A stretch of 30,933 nt of DNA from a virus (Duplodnaviria > Caudoviricetes), in the IMG/VR virus record IMGVR_UViG_3300033475_000114, positions 1-30,933 of that record. One strand, written 5' to 3'. Position 1 is the first letter of the stretch; every line of letters begins with the position of its first letter. Under the pieces are notes generated by a model that did not search any database, was not told the DNA's origin, and saw nothing but the letters and a program-made list of their open reading frames with translations. The position numbers were made by a program, and so were the translations under genes. Below are positions 1 through 6,729 of this stretch, in pieces.

Positions 1-59
1 AGACGCAGGCTCTTGGCCGCTTCGATTGATCGATGTAAATTGTCAGGACGCTCGTTCAT
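1..59 (-). CDS. 5' end of a truncated early gene (MNERPDNLHRSIEAAKSLR...), possibly Gp157-like
   Basis: ATG overlaps the TGA of 56..217 (ATGA); runs off the window; family guess is weak. Confidence 0.45.
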   Translation of the reverse strand, partial: MNERPDNLHRSIEAAKSLR

Positions 60-217
60 GCTACTTTCTCCATCTCGATCGAAACCAAGCTCAGTTCTTG
101 CTCGAACTGCATCTCGTCAGCGATTTGATTTATCTGCCGCGCTCTCTCGGGGCCCTTGAGCGCCCAAAGGGCTTGCCACTCTTGAAGCAAGCGGTCTGCG
201 AACTGCTGGGAGGTCAT
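56..217 (-). CDS. Hypothetical early protein, 53 aa (MTSQQFADRLLQEWQALW...)
   Basis: Read manually (below ORF-track cutoff); TGATG-coupled upstream and ATGA-coupled downstream. Confidence 0.7.
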   Translation of the reverse strand: MTSQQFADRLLQEWQALWALKGPERARQINQIADEMQFEQELSLVSIEMEKVA

Positions 218-585
218 CAGACAGCCTCCCGCATCATGTCGCGCTTCATGTCGGCGTATTCGTCACGGGCGACTTCGCGATCTTCTTCGATCTGATCGCT
301 GACAGCGCTGGTCACGTTGTCGTACCATTCATACTGCAGGCGATGAGAAATGATCTGTGCGATCGCGTCGGGAGCTGGGATAAAGACCCAAGGGCTCTTA
401 CCGGCCTTCCGCTCTGCAGAAGTTATCCGCTTATACCCTTCAAGGCAGATCGAGTTGGCAACGATGCTCCAATCCCCATCGCGGCTGTATTCGATCTCAG
501 CCGATCCATTGATGAGGCCACCCTCAATGTCGCCGGAGAGGTGAAGCGGAACTTCGTCAAACTTGTAAATAAACGTGTTAGCCAT
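217..585 (-). CDS. Hypothetical early protein, 122 aa
   Basis: GAGGAG Shine-Dalgarno upstream; coupled to the next gene. Confidence 0.8.
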   Translation of the reverse strand: MANTFIYKFDEVPLHLSGDIEGGLINGSAEIEYSRDGDWSIVANSICLEGYKRITSAERKAGKSPWVFIPAPDAIAQIISHRLQYEWYDNVTSAVSDQIEEDREVARDEYADMKRDMMREAV

Positions 586-597
586 CTGTCCGTCTCC

Positions 598-762
598 TCA
601 AAGAACCCGAATGCCGCGCGCTTCGCAGAACTCACGGGCGCTCTGCTCGTCGGCGTAGAAGCGCTCGCCAACGAGGAACGAGCCGTGGCTCAAATAGCGG
701 AGGAGGAAGGAGCCCTTGCGGGTCGGGAGGATCTGGCCGGTGCCGAGGGTGAGGGGTTTCAT
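598..762 (-). CDS. First gene of the leftward (PL) operon, 54 aa (MKPLTLGTGQILPTRKGSF...EFCEARGIRVL)
   Basis: Read manually; GGAG SD, GC-rich third codon positions, directly downstream of the OL operators. Confidence 0.7.
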   Translation of the reverse strand: MKPLTLGTGQILPTRKGSFLLRYLSHGSFLVGERFYADEQSAREFCEARGIRVL

Positions 763-796
763 CTTCCATCTCCGGTGCGTCGGTTGATGGGATAAG

Positions 797-847
797 TATC
801 ACCACAAGTGATATTCGAGCGCAAGCAAAAAATCACTCAGGGTGATG
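797..847. promoter_or_regulatory. OL operators (tATCAC-cacaa-GTGATa 797-813; ATCAC-tcagg-GTGAT 832-846) overlapping the leftward promoter PL
   Basis: Two perfect ATCAC-N5-GTGAT palindromes; minus strand reads TTGCGC-18 nt-GATACT across the first one. Confidence 0.8.
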
Positions 848-866
848 AAATTCTGTGGTGCAACGC

Positions 867-887
867 AAAAAACCGCCCGAAGGCGGC
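867..887 (-). terminator. Intrinsic terminator of cI
   Basis: Minus strand GCCGCC-TTCG-GGCGGT followed by a T run, just after the cI stop. Confidence 0.85.
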
Positions 888-910
888 TCAGAACCGTGTT
901 TTAGGAGTGG

Positions 911-1264
911 TTAGCCGCCAGTTCCGGTCTTGGTGACGGTCTTGGCGAGCTCGACGATCATTTGGCGTTCGCCTGGCTTGGCGTTGTCCCAGATCGACCA
1001 GATTGCCTCATCATCCATCGGATTGCGCATCAGAAGGCTCGCCACGTCCGTCTGCAGGGCGTGAGCGATGGCCTCGAGCGTTTCCTGGGTGTAGCCGCGC
1101 TTGCCGTTCTCCAGCATGGAGAGGTGGCTCTGGGTCATCTCGAGCCGATCGGCAAGCTGTTCCTGGGTCAGGTTCCGGAAATCGCGCCATTGGGCAATAT
1201 AGGTCCGGCGGAACCGGGCCGGCTTGGGGTGCGGTCTGACGTGTTTTCGAGGCGGCTGTGCCAT
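911..1264 (-). CDS. cI: CI-like XRE/HTH repressor, ~117 aa, no S24 peptidase domain
   Basis: HTH_3 pattern IAQWRDFRNLTQEQLADRLEMTQSHLSMLENGKRGY; divergent from cro; start placed at MAQPP because the 1339 start lies inside the operators. Confidence 0.9.
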   Translation of the reverse strand: MAQPPRKHVRPHPKPARFRRTYIAQWRDFRNLTQEQLADRLEMTQSHLSMLENGKRGYTQETLEAIAHALQTDVASLLMRNPMDDEAIWSIWDNAKPGERQMIVELAKTVTKTGTGG

Positions 1265-1318
1265 ACCGGAATATGAGCGCGGAGCTATATCAATGACCAT
1301 CGACGCAGAGTCATAAAA

Positions 1319-1352
1319 ATCACTTGCAGTGATTATCACTCTCCGTTATAAG
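1319..1352 (+). promoter_or_regulatory. OR operators (ATCAC-ttgca-GTGAT 1319-1333; ATCAC-tctcc-GTTAT 1335-1349) and PR promoter
   Basis: Same motif as OL; TTGCAG (1324-1329)-17 nt-TATAAG (1347-1352). Confidence 0.8.
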
Positions 1353-1357
1353 GAGGC

Positions 1358-1576
1358 ATGGCTAAGACCGAAAAGACCCACCCCATGTTCTTTTGGCGCA
1401 AGGCGAACGATCGTTCCCTGCAGTCCGTGGCCGATGAATTGGGATGTACGCAGTCCTTCCTTTCCCAGATCGAGCTCTATGAAAAGCAGCCGTCGTTGAC
1501 CATGGCCACGCGCTTGTGTCGCGTGACCGGGATTCCGGTGGAGCAGTTCGCTCGGAATGTGGAGGCCGCTCAATGA
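1358..1576 (+). CDS. cro: Cro-like HTH regulator, 72 aa
   Basis: HTH: WRKANDRSLQSVADELGCTQSFLSQIELYEKQPS; divergent from cI. Confidence 0.9.
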   Translation: MAKTEKTHPMFFWRKANDRSLQSVADELGCTQSFLSQIELYEKQPSLTMATRLCRVTGIPVEQFARNVEAAQ

Positions 1577-1845
1577 ACCTTTCGGTTCTCGCTTTGGGCA
1601 ACGACCTCCGGCGCCCTGGAAGCCTCGTCGGCGATCTCGAGCAATCTTTTGCCGATCGCCCTGATCTTCGCTGGCGTCGCAACGTCGGTGTGGTCCAGCT
1701 TCGCCTTTCCCTGAAAAATCTTGCACACGTACATGCGAACAAGTCCGTCTTCCAGGATTTCGTAAGATGGAATGGAATGCAGCACGCATTCCGGCACTTC
1801 GACAAAATCGTCGAATGTCTCTCCAATCACTTTGCTCATTTCCAA
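1570..1845 (-). CDS. Hypothetical protein convergent with cro (89-91 aa)
   Basis: Globular-looking sequence, G-rich SD-like element upstream, AT-rich tract at ~1905-1925; ATG start at 1839 is an alternative. Confidence 0.65.
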   Translation of the reverse strand: MEMSKVIGETFDDFVEVPECVLHSIPSYEILEDGLVRMYVCKIFQGKAKLDHTDVATPAKIRAIGKRLLEIADEASRAPEVVAQSENRKVH

Positions 1846-2138
1846 TTGCCCCAGTCCCAGTCACACACCGCGCCGGTGCGAGGACATAAGACCACATCGG
1901 GACCATTTCTAAAAATAAAATATTACCGCTCTGACACAATTCGATTCCGTGATGCGTCATGTGCCGCACTGAAACAGACTCGCGCGTTATCGCGCCCTTC
2001 AATCGTTCATGATGTCGCAGTGTCCGCCCGCGCTCTACGTAATTCGACGGGGTTGCGCGAACGAAAATCCACTCTGGAAAAAGTTGCAAGCGCGCATTCT
2101 TTGAGCTGTCACGCATTGGTTGTGTCTGGAGCGCTGAC

Positions 2139-2234
2139 ATGACGTGGTGGCGCCTCGCACTCTCGATCTTCTTCGTTATGCAGATTCCGACAGCAATGCT
2201 GATCGGTCGATCAATTCGATGGGGGGTGAAATGA
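2139..2234 (+). CDS. Small membrane peptide, 31 aa (MTWWRLALSIFFVMQIPTAMLIGRSIRWGVK)
   Basis: Read manually; GGAG SD; stop overlaps the ATG at 2231 (ATGA). Confidence 0.6.
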   Translation: MTWWRLALSIFFVMQIPTAMLIGRSIRWGVK

Positions 2235-2431
2235 GCAATTCAGGATTGAGCAATTCGAACGGCGGCGGCATCGGATTTGCGGGGCTGCTCACCATCGCTT
2301 TTATCGTCCTTAAGTTGACGCACTACATCGATTGGTCCTGGTGGTGGGTTTGGTCGCCGGTGCTTATCTCGGTCGCTGTCTTCTTCTTGGTGGTCATTCC
2401 GATCGCCATTGTGGCGGCGATAAAGTCATGA
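2231..2431 (+). CDS. Two-TM phage membrane protein (Fragile-X-F/TMEM185-like signature), 66 aa
   Basis: GIGFAGLLTIAFIVLKLTHYIDWSWWWVWSP motif typical of this phage family; ATGA-coupled on both sides. Confidence 0.8.
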   Translation: MSNSGLSNSNGGGIGFAGLLTIAFIVLKLTHYIDWSWWWVWSPVLISVAVFFLVVIPIAIVAAIKS

Positions 2432-2661
2432 GCAGGGAAGCCGATACGCGGCTGGACAAGTTCGGCTTCCCTGCCTTTCCCGCGGGGGCACGACGGGAAA
2501 TCTATATCCCTTCAGCCTTTGGTGTAGCGCCGCTCAAACGCTCGGAGCTGAGCCAGGCGCTGATCGACGGCGCGGCGGTGTTCTGCTGGCTCATTCTCAT
2601 TTGCGCCGGAGCGGTCGCTGTTTTCGGTTCTTTCGCTGTCTGTCTTTTCGTGAGGCTCTGA
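2428..2661 (+). CDS. Hypothetical protein with C-terminal TM helix, 77 aa
   Basis: ATGA coupling at 2428; hydrophobic C-terminus; competes with antisense ORF 2512..2751. Confidence 0.55.
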   Translation: MSREADTRLDKFGFPAFPAGARREIYIPSAFGVAPLKRSELSQALIDGAAVFCWLILICAGAVAVFGSFAVCLFVRL

Positions 2662-2782
2662 AAAGCACGCCTTTAATAAGTTCGCGATCCTTTCGGCGGC
2701 CAGGCCGATCGGTTCGAAAGTCAAAGGGTCATTATCGTTGCTGTGATCCATGCCTGTCAGAAAACAGCATGGGGTTGCACAA

Positions 2783-3202
2783 GTGGAACCAGAAATTGTC
2801 CGGAAGTCGCCAATGAATCCTTCGTCAACCGCTGCCTTAACCAGAGAAGCCGCTTGCTACTTGGTCAAACAAGCCGAGTACAAGACCGGCTCCAGAATGG
2901 CAGCCTATGAGATGGTGGCATCAACCGTGGGCACGTCAGCGAGTTGGTTGCGTAAATTCCTCGCAGGCCGAGAAGCAAAAGAGCCTGGGTGGACCACAGG
3001 GTGGAACATTCTCGATCAGTACCGCCGGGTTTGTAGTCGCGTCGAAGCAGAGGTCGAGTTGGAGCGGACCAAGAGACTAGCGCTCAAAGGGCAAATCGAT
3101 GCGATTACTGCGACTTTTGACCGAATGGTGGAGCGAGCGGCGCTTGAGGAAGCAGGACGAGCGCCGGCTGAAAATGCTTCAGGACATGCAGGAACACCAT
3201 AA
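2783..3202 (+). CDS. HTH-like regulator at the cII position
   Basis: AYEMVASTVGTSASWLRKFL resembles an HTH, followed by a coiled coil; start uncertain (2750/2783/2813). Confidence 0.65.
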   Translation: MEPEIVRKSPMNPSSTAALTREAACYLVKQAEYKTGSRMAAYEMVASTVGTSASWLRKFLAGREAKEPGWTTGWNILDQYRRVCSRVEAEVELERTKRLALKGQIDAITATFDRMVERAALEEAGRAPAENASGHAGTP

Positions 3203-3385
3203 ATGGCCGCAGTGAATCGCCTCCCTGTCTTCGTGAGCGATCACGCGGCCGGCATGATGATTGCGCTTTGGTACGCCAAGAAAAATACGAACGAGATCGC
3301 GAAGGCGCTTTCGATTCCTGAATATGAAGTCGCCAACCGACTTCCGATCTTGCGGGCGCGTCACAAGCAGATGCGCGAGAGTTGA
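3203..3385 (+). CDS. Small HTH protein (GcrA N-terminal/sigma region 4-like), 60 aa
   Basis: ALWYAKKNTNEIAKALSIPEYEVANRL; abuts the upstream stop. Confidence 0.6.
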   Translation: MAAVNRLPVFVSDHAAGMMIALWYAKKNTNEIAKALSIPEYEVANRLPILRARHKQMRES

Positions 3386-3404
3386 GTAACTAGGAGGCGG
3401 GGAA

Positions 3405-3929
3405 ATGGTTGCAATTGGATCTGAAGATTACGTCGCCGCGCGGAATCGCAAATCGTGCAAAGCCCTTTTGCATTTGTTGGAATTGCATCATGGTGCTGAG
3501 GAAGTCGCTTCGCAGCCTGTCGAAGTCATCGAGCCCGAACCGATCCCAGCGCCCCCCGTGGAATTGCCTAACGGCTCCGTCCCGGCTTTCAACGCCTTCC
3601 AGGCATGGATTGACAAGTTCGAGCCGCTGCCTGCGCCGACCTATCCCACGATTCACAAGATCAAGCGCTGTGTAAGCGAGCATTTCGGTATCACGGTTCC
3701 CGAAATAGATTCCGATCGTCGGATGAAGAGGGTGGTTAGACCTCGCCAAATCGCGATGTACATCACCAAGAAATTAACACCGCGATCGCTCCCGGATATC
3801 GGCCGCAAGTTTGGCGGCAAAGACCATTCGACGGTGCACCATGCCGTGCACAAGATCGAGAATCTCGTCGAGCATGACGCCGGCTTCGCGGGCGAAATTT
3901 CCATCCTGATGGCAAAGGTGCAGACATGA
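3405..3929 (+). CDS. Protein with DnaA C-terminal (domain IV) DNA-binding domain
   Basis: SDRRMKRVVRPRQIAMY...SLPDIGRKFGGKDHSTVHHAVHKI is the Bac_DnaA_C signature; GGAGG SD; no AAA+ domain. Confidence 0.92.
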   Translation: MVAIGSEDYVAARNRKSCKALLHLLELHHGAEEVASQPVEVIEPEPIPAPPVELPNGSVPAFNAFQAWIDKFEPLPAPTYPTIHKIKRCVSEHFGITVPEIDSDRRMKRVVRPRQIAMYITKKLTPRSLPDIGRKFGGKDHSTVHHAVHKIENLVEHDAGFAGEISILMAKVQT

Positions 3930-4075
3930 AAACGATAGCCGAACAGTACAGAGAGACGCTCGAACGCGCCCGCAAGTGCAAGCCGCGCTCGGAGCGGAAA
4001 ACGCTTCTGACCCGGAAACTGCGGGATCTGATGACCCGGCGGCTGCGTGCCGAGCTGCGGAAGAAAGCGGCGTAA
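3926..4075 (+). CDS. Small basic protein, 49 aa (MKTIAEQYRETLERARKCKPRS...RKKAA)
   Basis: Read manually; ATGA-coupled upstream and TAATG-coupled to the MTase. Confidence 0.75.
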   Translation: MKTIAEQYRETLERARKCKPRSERKTLLTRKLRDLMTRRLRAELRKKAA

Positions 4076-4662
4076 TGGCTGGTTTAGCATCGGGAACGGG
4101 AAACAAGGCTGCTCCGCTAAGTCAGCGGAAGGACGATCTTTATGAGAGTCCTCCCGAGGCGGTTACAGCGCTTCTCCGTGTCGAGAAGCTGCCAGAGGTC
4201 ATCTGGGAGCCTGCATGCGGCCCTGGCGTCATTGTGCGCGGTCTGAGGGGTGCCGGTCATCAGGTCTATGCAACCGATTTGGTGGATTATAGCTCACCGG
4301 ACCAAGATCAAGCCGGTTGGGATTTTCTGCTCGAGCAGCAATTGCCGATCGGCGTTCAGGCTATCGTGACGAACCCGCCGTTTAAGAACGCACAAGAGTT
4401 CGTTGCCCACGCGCTGCATCTGTGTCCGAGGGTGGTCATGCTTCTCAGGCTTGCTTTCCTGGAGAGCGATCGGCGCACGCCAATTCTTGATACCGGACAT
4501 CTCGCCCGCGTTCACGTCTTTCGTAAGCGGCTCCCGATGATGCATCGGCACGGATGGGAAGGGAAGCATTCCAACAGCGGAATGGCCTTCGCCTGGTTCG
4601 TGTGGGACCGCCACCATTCAGGACCGACCGAGCTGCATCGCCTCTCTTGGGAGACGGCATGA
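4075..4662 (+). CDS. Orphan DNA amino-methyltransferase (N6-adenine type), 195 aa
   Basis: DDLYESP, motif I WEPACGPG, catalytic motif IV TNPPF, AWFVW; start at TAATG 4075. Confidence 0.88.
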   Translation: MAGLASGTGNKAAPLSQRKDDLYESPPEAVTALLRVEKLPEVIWEPACGPGVIVRGLRGAGHQVYATDLVDYSSPDQDQAGWDFLLEQQLPIGVQAIVTNPPFKNAQEFVAHALHLCPRVVMLLRLAFLESDRRTPILDTGHLARVHVFRKRLPMMHRHGWEGKHSNSGMAFAWFVWDRHHSGPTELHRLSWETA

Positions 4663-4901
4663 TCACCCGCGCCCTCAAGTTTGTTCGGTTCGACCGGATT
4701 GAAGACCATTTCCGCCAAGGCTGGATGGTCTCATTTCCGAACGCTCCAATGCACCACCACCACTACAGCATAGAAATGAAATGGATCTGCCCTTGTCCTG
4801 TTCCGGGTGGATTCGGAAAGTCCAGTAGCAACCGCGTTCCCGCAGCATCACAAACCGAGAGCGCAAATGAGCGAACCGAAAGCAGGCGACAACCAGCTTA
4901 A
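4659..4901 (+). CDS. Hypothetical protein with HHHH and CPCP, 80 aa
   Basis: ATGA-coupled to the MTase stop. Confidence 0.6.
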   Translation: MITRALKFVRFDRIEDHFRQGWMVSFPNAPMHHHHYSIEMKWICPCPVPGGFGKSSSNRVPAASQTESANERTESRRQPA

Positions 4902-5109
4902 GTCGATTGTTTCCAGGATCAACACGCTGGAGGATGAAAAGAAGACCATCGCCGAAGACATCCGTGACGTTTACGCGGAGGCCAAAGGGAATGGTTTTAA
5001 TCCGGCCGCGCTACGTGTGATCGTCCGCAAACAGCGCGCCGACGCCAAGAAGGCTGCCGAGCTCCAGGTTGACGTAGACGCCTATATGGCGGCCTTGGGA
5101 ATGATTTGA
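4867..5109 (+). CDS. gapR: GapR/DUF2312 nucleoid-associated protein, 80 aa
   Basis: QLKSIVSRINTLEDEKKTIAEDIRDVYAEAKGNGF...LRVIVRKQ...YMAALGM matches the DUF2312 consensus. Confidence 0.92.
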   Translation: MSEPKAGDNQLKSIVSRINTLEDEKKTIAEDIRDVYAEAKGNGFNPAALRVIVRKQRADAKKAAELQVDVDAYMAALGMI

Positions 5110-5894
5110 TGGCCGGTATTGGTCATCTCATCGAACGCATGATCGCGGCTGGCATCTCTCCGGGGGACGCCGGCGCGATCGCGGCTGAGATTTATGCCGC
5201 GGGCGTGGCTTCCGCCTCTGTGCGTTCGGCTGGCGCCGAGAGAACGCGGCGTTGGCGTGAAAATAAAGCGTCACAACGTGACGCTAATCGTCACCAAACG
5301 TCACACTGTGACGCGGAGACTGAAGCGTCACCAATCGTCACAGAGCGTCACAAACCGTCACAATGTGACAATGGCGTTGTTTTGCATAGAGATACTAATA
5401 TTAAAAATAGTAAGAGGCAAAACAGCGATCGACCGTCACGCGGTACACGCATCGATCCGAATTGGATGCCGAGCGAAGCTGACAGGCTGACGGCTCGGAA
5501 CGAAGGGTTCACCGACGCCGAGATCGACCGAGAAGCACTTCGCTTCCGCGATTACTGGGTGGGGCGAGCTGGATCAGGCGGTGTGAAGCTCGATTGGGCG
5601 GCTACATGGCGCAACTGGGTGCGGACATCGGCCGAAAAGCTCGGCAAGACGCCAATACGGCCGGATAGCGCAGCCGTGGAAACTTCGCTGTACCTCGCTA
5701 GATCCGGCAGCGAAGAGCTAGACGCCTGGGATGCCTACACGAAGCAGAGGACTGGCAAGACGCTGCCGCGCAACCGCGACGGTCACTGGCGCGTGCCTGC
5801 GCGTTGGCCGCCTGGCTACACTCCGCAGCCGGCGAAGACGTTCCAGATCCCGGATCTTAGAATGCAGACAATTCCAGCGGGGAAAATCCAATGA
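5109..5894 (+). CDS. Phage replication initiator-like protein (DnaT-like C-terminal FRDYW...DWAATWRNW)
   Basis: AERTRRWRE motif, low-complexity linker carrying iterons, RGTRIDPNWMPS and KLDWAATWRNW motifs; TGATG-coupled. Confidence 0.8.
   Translation: MAGIGHLIERMIAAGISPGDAGAIAAEIYAAGVASASVRSAGAERTRRWRENKASQRDANRHQTSHCDAETEASPIVTERHKPSQCDNGVVLHRDTNIKNSKRQNSDRPSRGTRIDPNWMPSEADRLTARNEGFTDAEIDREALRFRDYWVGRAGSGGVKLDWAATWRNWVRTSAEKLGKTPIRPDSAAVETSLYLARSGSEELDAWDAYTKQRTGKTLPRNRDGHWRVPARWPPGYTPQPAKTFQIPDLRMQTIPAGKIQ
5268..5415. repeat. Iteron array plus AT-rich tract: putative replication origin
   Basis: CGTCAC at 5269, 5289, 5299, 5326, 5336, 5346, 5356; inverted GTGAC(G/A) at 5278, 5308, 5365; then AT-rich ~5378-5415. 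Confidence 0.85.
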
Positions 5895-6412
5895 CGGCTT
5901 TGGGGACAATCGTGAGCAAGCGCAATATCCAGGAATCGGCTTGGTACATCGCTATCACCAATCCGAACTGCCATCGGCGCGCCGAAGGTGGTTTGGCCGA
6001 TCTGGGCTATCCAGCCTTCTGGCCGAAGCTGCGAAAGTGGGTTTCCCACGCTCGCACGAAGGTGCCGAAGGAATACCCGATCTTGGGCCGGTATCTGTTC
6101 GTGGATGTCCCGGACGGCAATTTCTGGGCGGTGCGCAACGTCAACGGGATCGAGGGATTGATCACGGATCAAGACGGTGCGCCGGCCGAAATCCCCGAGC
6201 GGATTGTTTGGCAGTTCCGTGAGCGCTACATGCGCGGGGAATGGGATATGGTTGCGAGCAATCCCGTGCCTGTCGGCGCTCGCATTCAGATCATGGAAGG
6301 CGAGTTTGCGGATTTTCTGACCACGGTGCGCCGGCGCCATCGCGGCAAGCTCGAATTCCTCGCCAACGGGAAATTCTATCAGACGCACGAAAGCAACGTG
6401 AGGGCGGCATGA
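5891..6412 (+). CDS. NusG-family (NGN+KOW) transcription antiterminator at the Q position
   Basis: WYIAITNPNCHRRA...GYPAFWP...YPILGRYLFV...VNGIEGLI and KOW-like VGARIQIMEGEFADF. Confidence 0.88.
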   Translation: MTALGTIVSKRNIQESAWYIAITNPNCHRRAEGGLADLGYPAFWPKLRKWVSHARTKVPKEYPILGRYLFVDVPDGNFWAVRNVNGIEGLITDQDGAPAEIPERIVWQFRERYMRGEWDMVASNPVPVGARIQIMEGEFADFLTTVRRRHRGKLEFLANGKFYQTHESNVRAA

Positions 6413-6642
6413 TCGTTGAGATCGAGAAGACCACGATAGAACATCCTACCCGCAAGGAAGCCGTCAATTTTGCGCTTGCTGAAGCTGTGAGGCGCATTGA
6501 ACGCCTCGAAGGCAATGATCTTTATCGACGCGCCTGGGCTCGAGCTGCGCTCCTTATCAAAAACATGATGGTTGAGTTTAACACTCCGATAATAGCAACT
6601 CCGGAACAAATCAGTTCTAACTCATCTCGGCCGGTCGCATAG
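6409..6642 (+). CDS. Hypothetical protein, 77 aa
   Basis: ATGA-coupled to the NusG-like gene. Confidence 0.6.
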   Translation: MIVEIEKTTIEHPTRKEAVNFALAEAVRRIERLEGNDLYRRAWARAALLIKNMMVEFNTPIIATPEQISSNSSRPVA

Positions 6643-6644
6643 CT

Positions 6645-6720
6645 TTCACCCGCCGGGTGGCTTGTGTCTTGGCGTTTCCTCCCTGAACTTGCCCGCGGCC
6701 AACGTCGCGGGTTTTTCTTT
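6645..6720 (+). ncRNA. suhB/MmgR/GsrN (alpha-r8)-like small RNA element ending in an intrinsic terminator
   Basis: Hairpin CACCC-gcc-GGGTG, then GGCG-TTTCCTCCCT-GAACTTG, then CCCGCGGC-caac-GTCGCGGG-TTTTTCTTT; 5' end approximate. Confidence 0.7.
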
Positions 6721-6729
6721 GGACTTCCC

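Noticed and set aside
1346-2142. ORFs 1346..2140 (-) and 1516..2142 (+)
   Set aside because: Overlap cro and the better-supported 1570..1845; non-protein-like composition
5268-5370. CGTCAC repeats as a CRISPR or microsatellite
   Set aside because: 6-bp units with 3-14 nt gaps in both orientations inside a replication gene; no cas genes
6578-6592. Possible CtrA box TTAA-N7-ATAA near the late promoter region
   Set aside because: One mismatch and a single instance; other TTAAC half-sites lack partners, so it is not supportable
6603-6617. GGAAC/GAAC-N6-GTTC as a sigma-EcfG promoter or LexA box
   Set aside because: No CGTT at the right spacing, and not the alphaproteobacterial GTTC-N7-GTTC direct repeat
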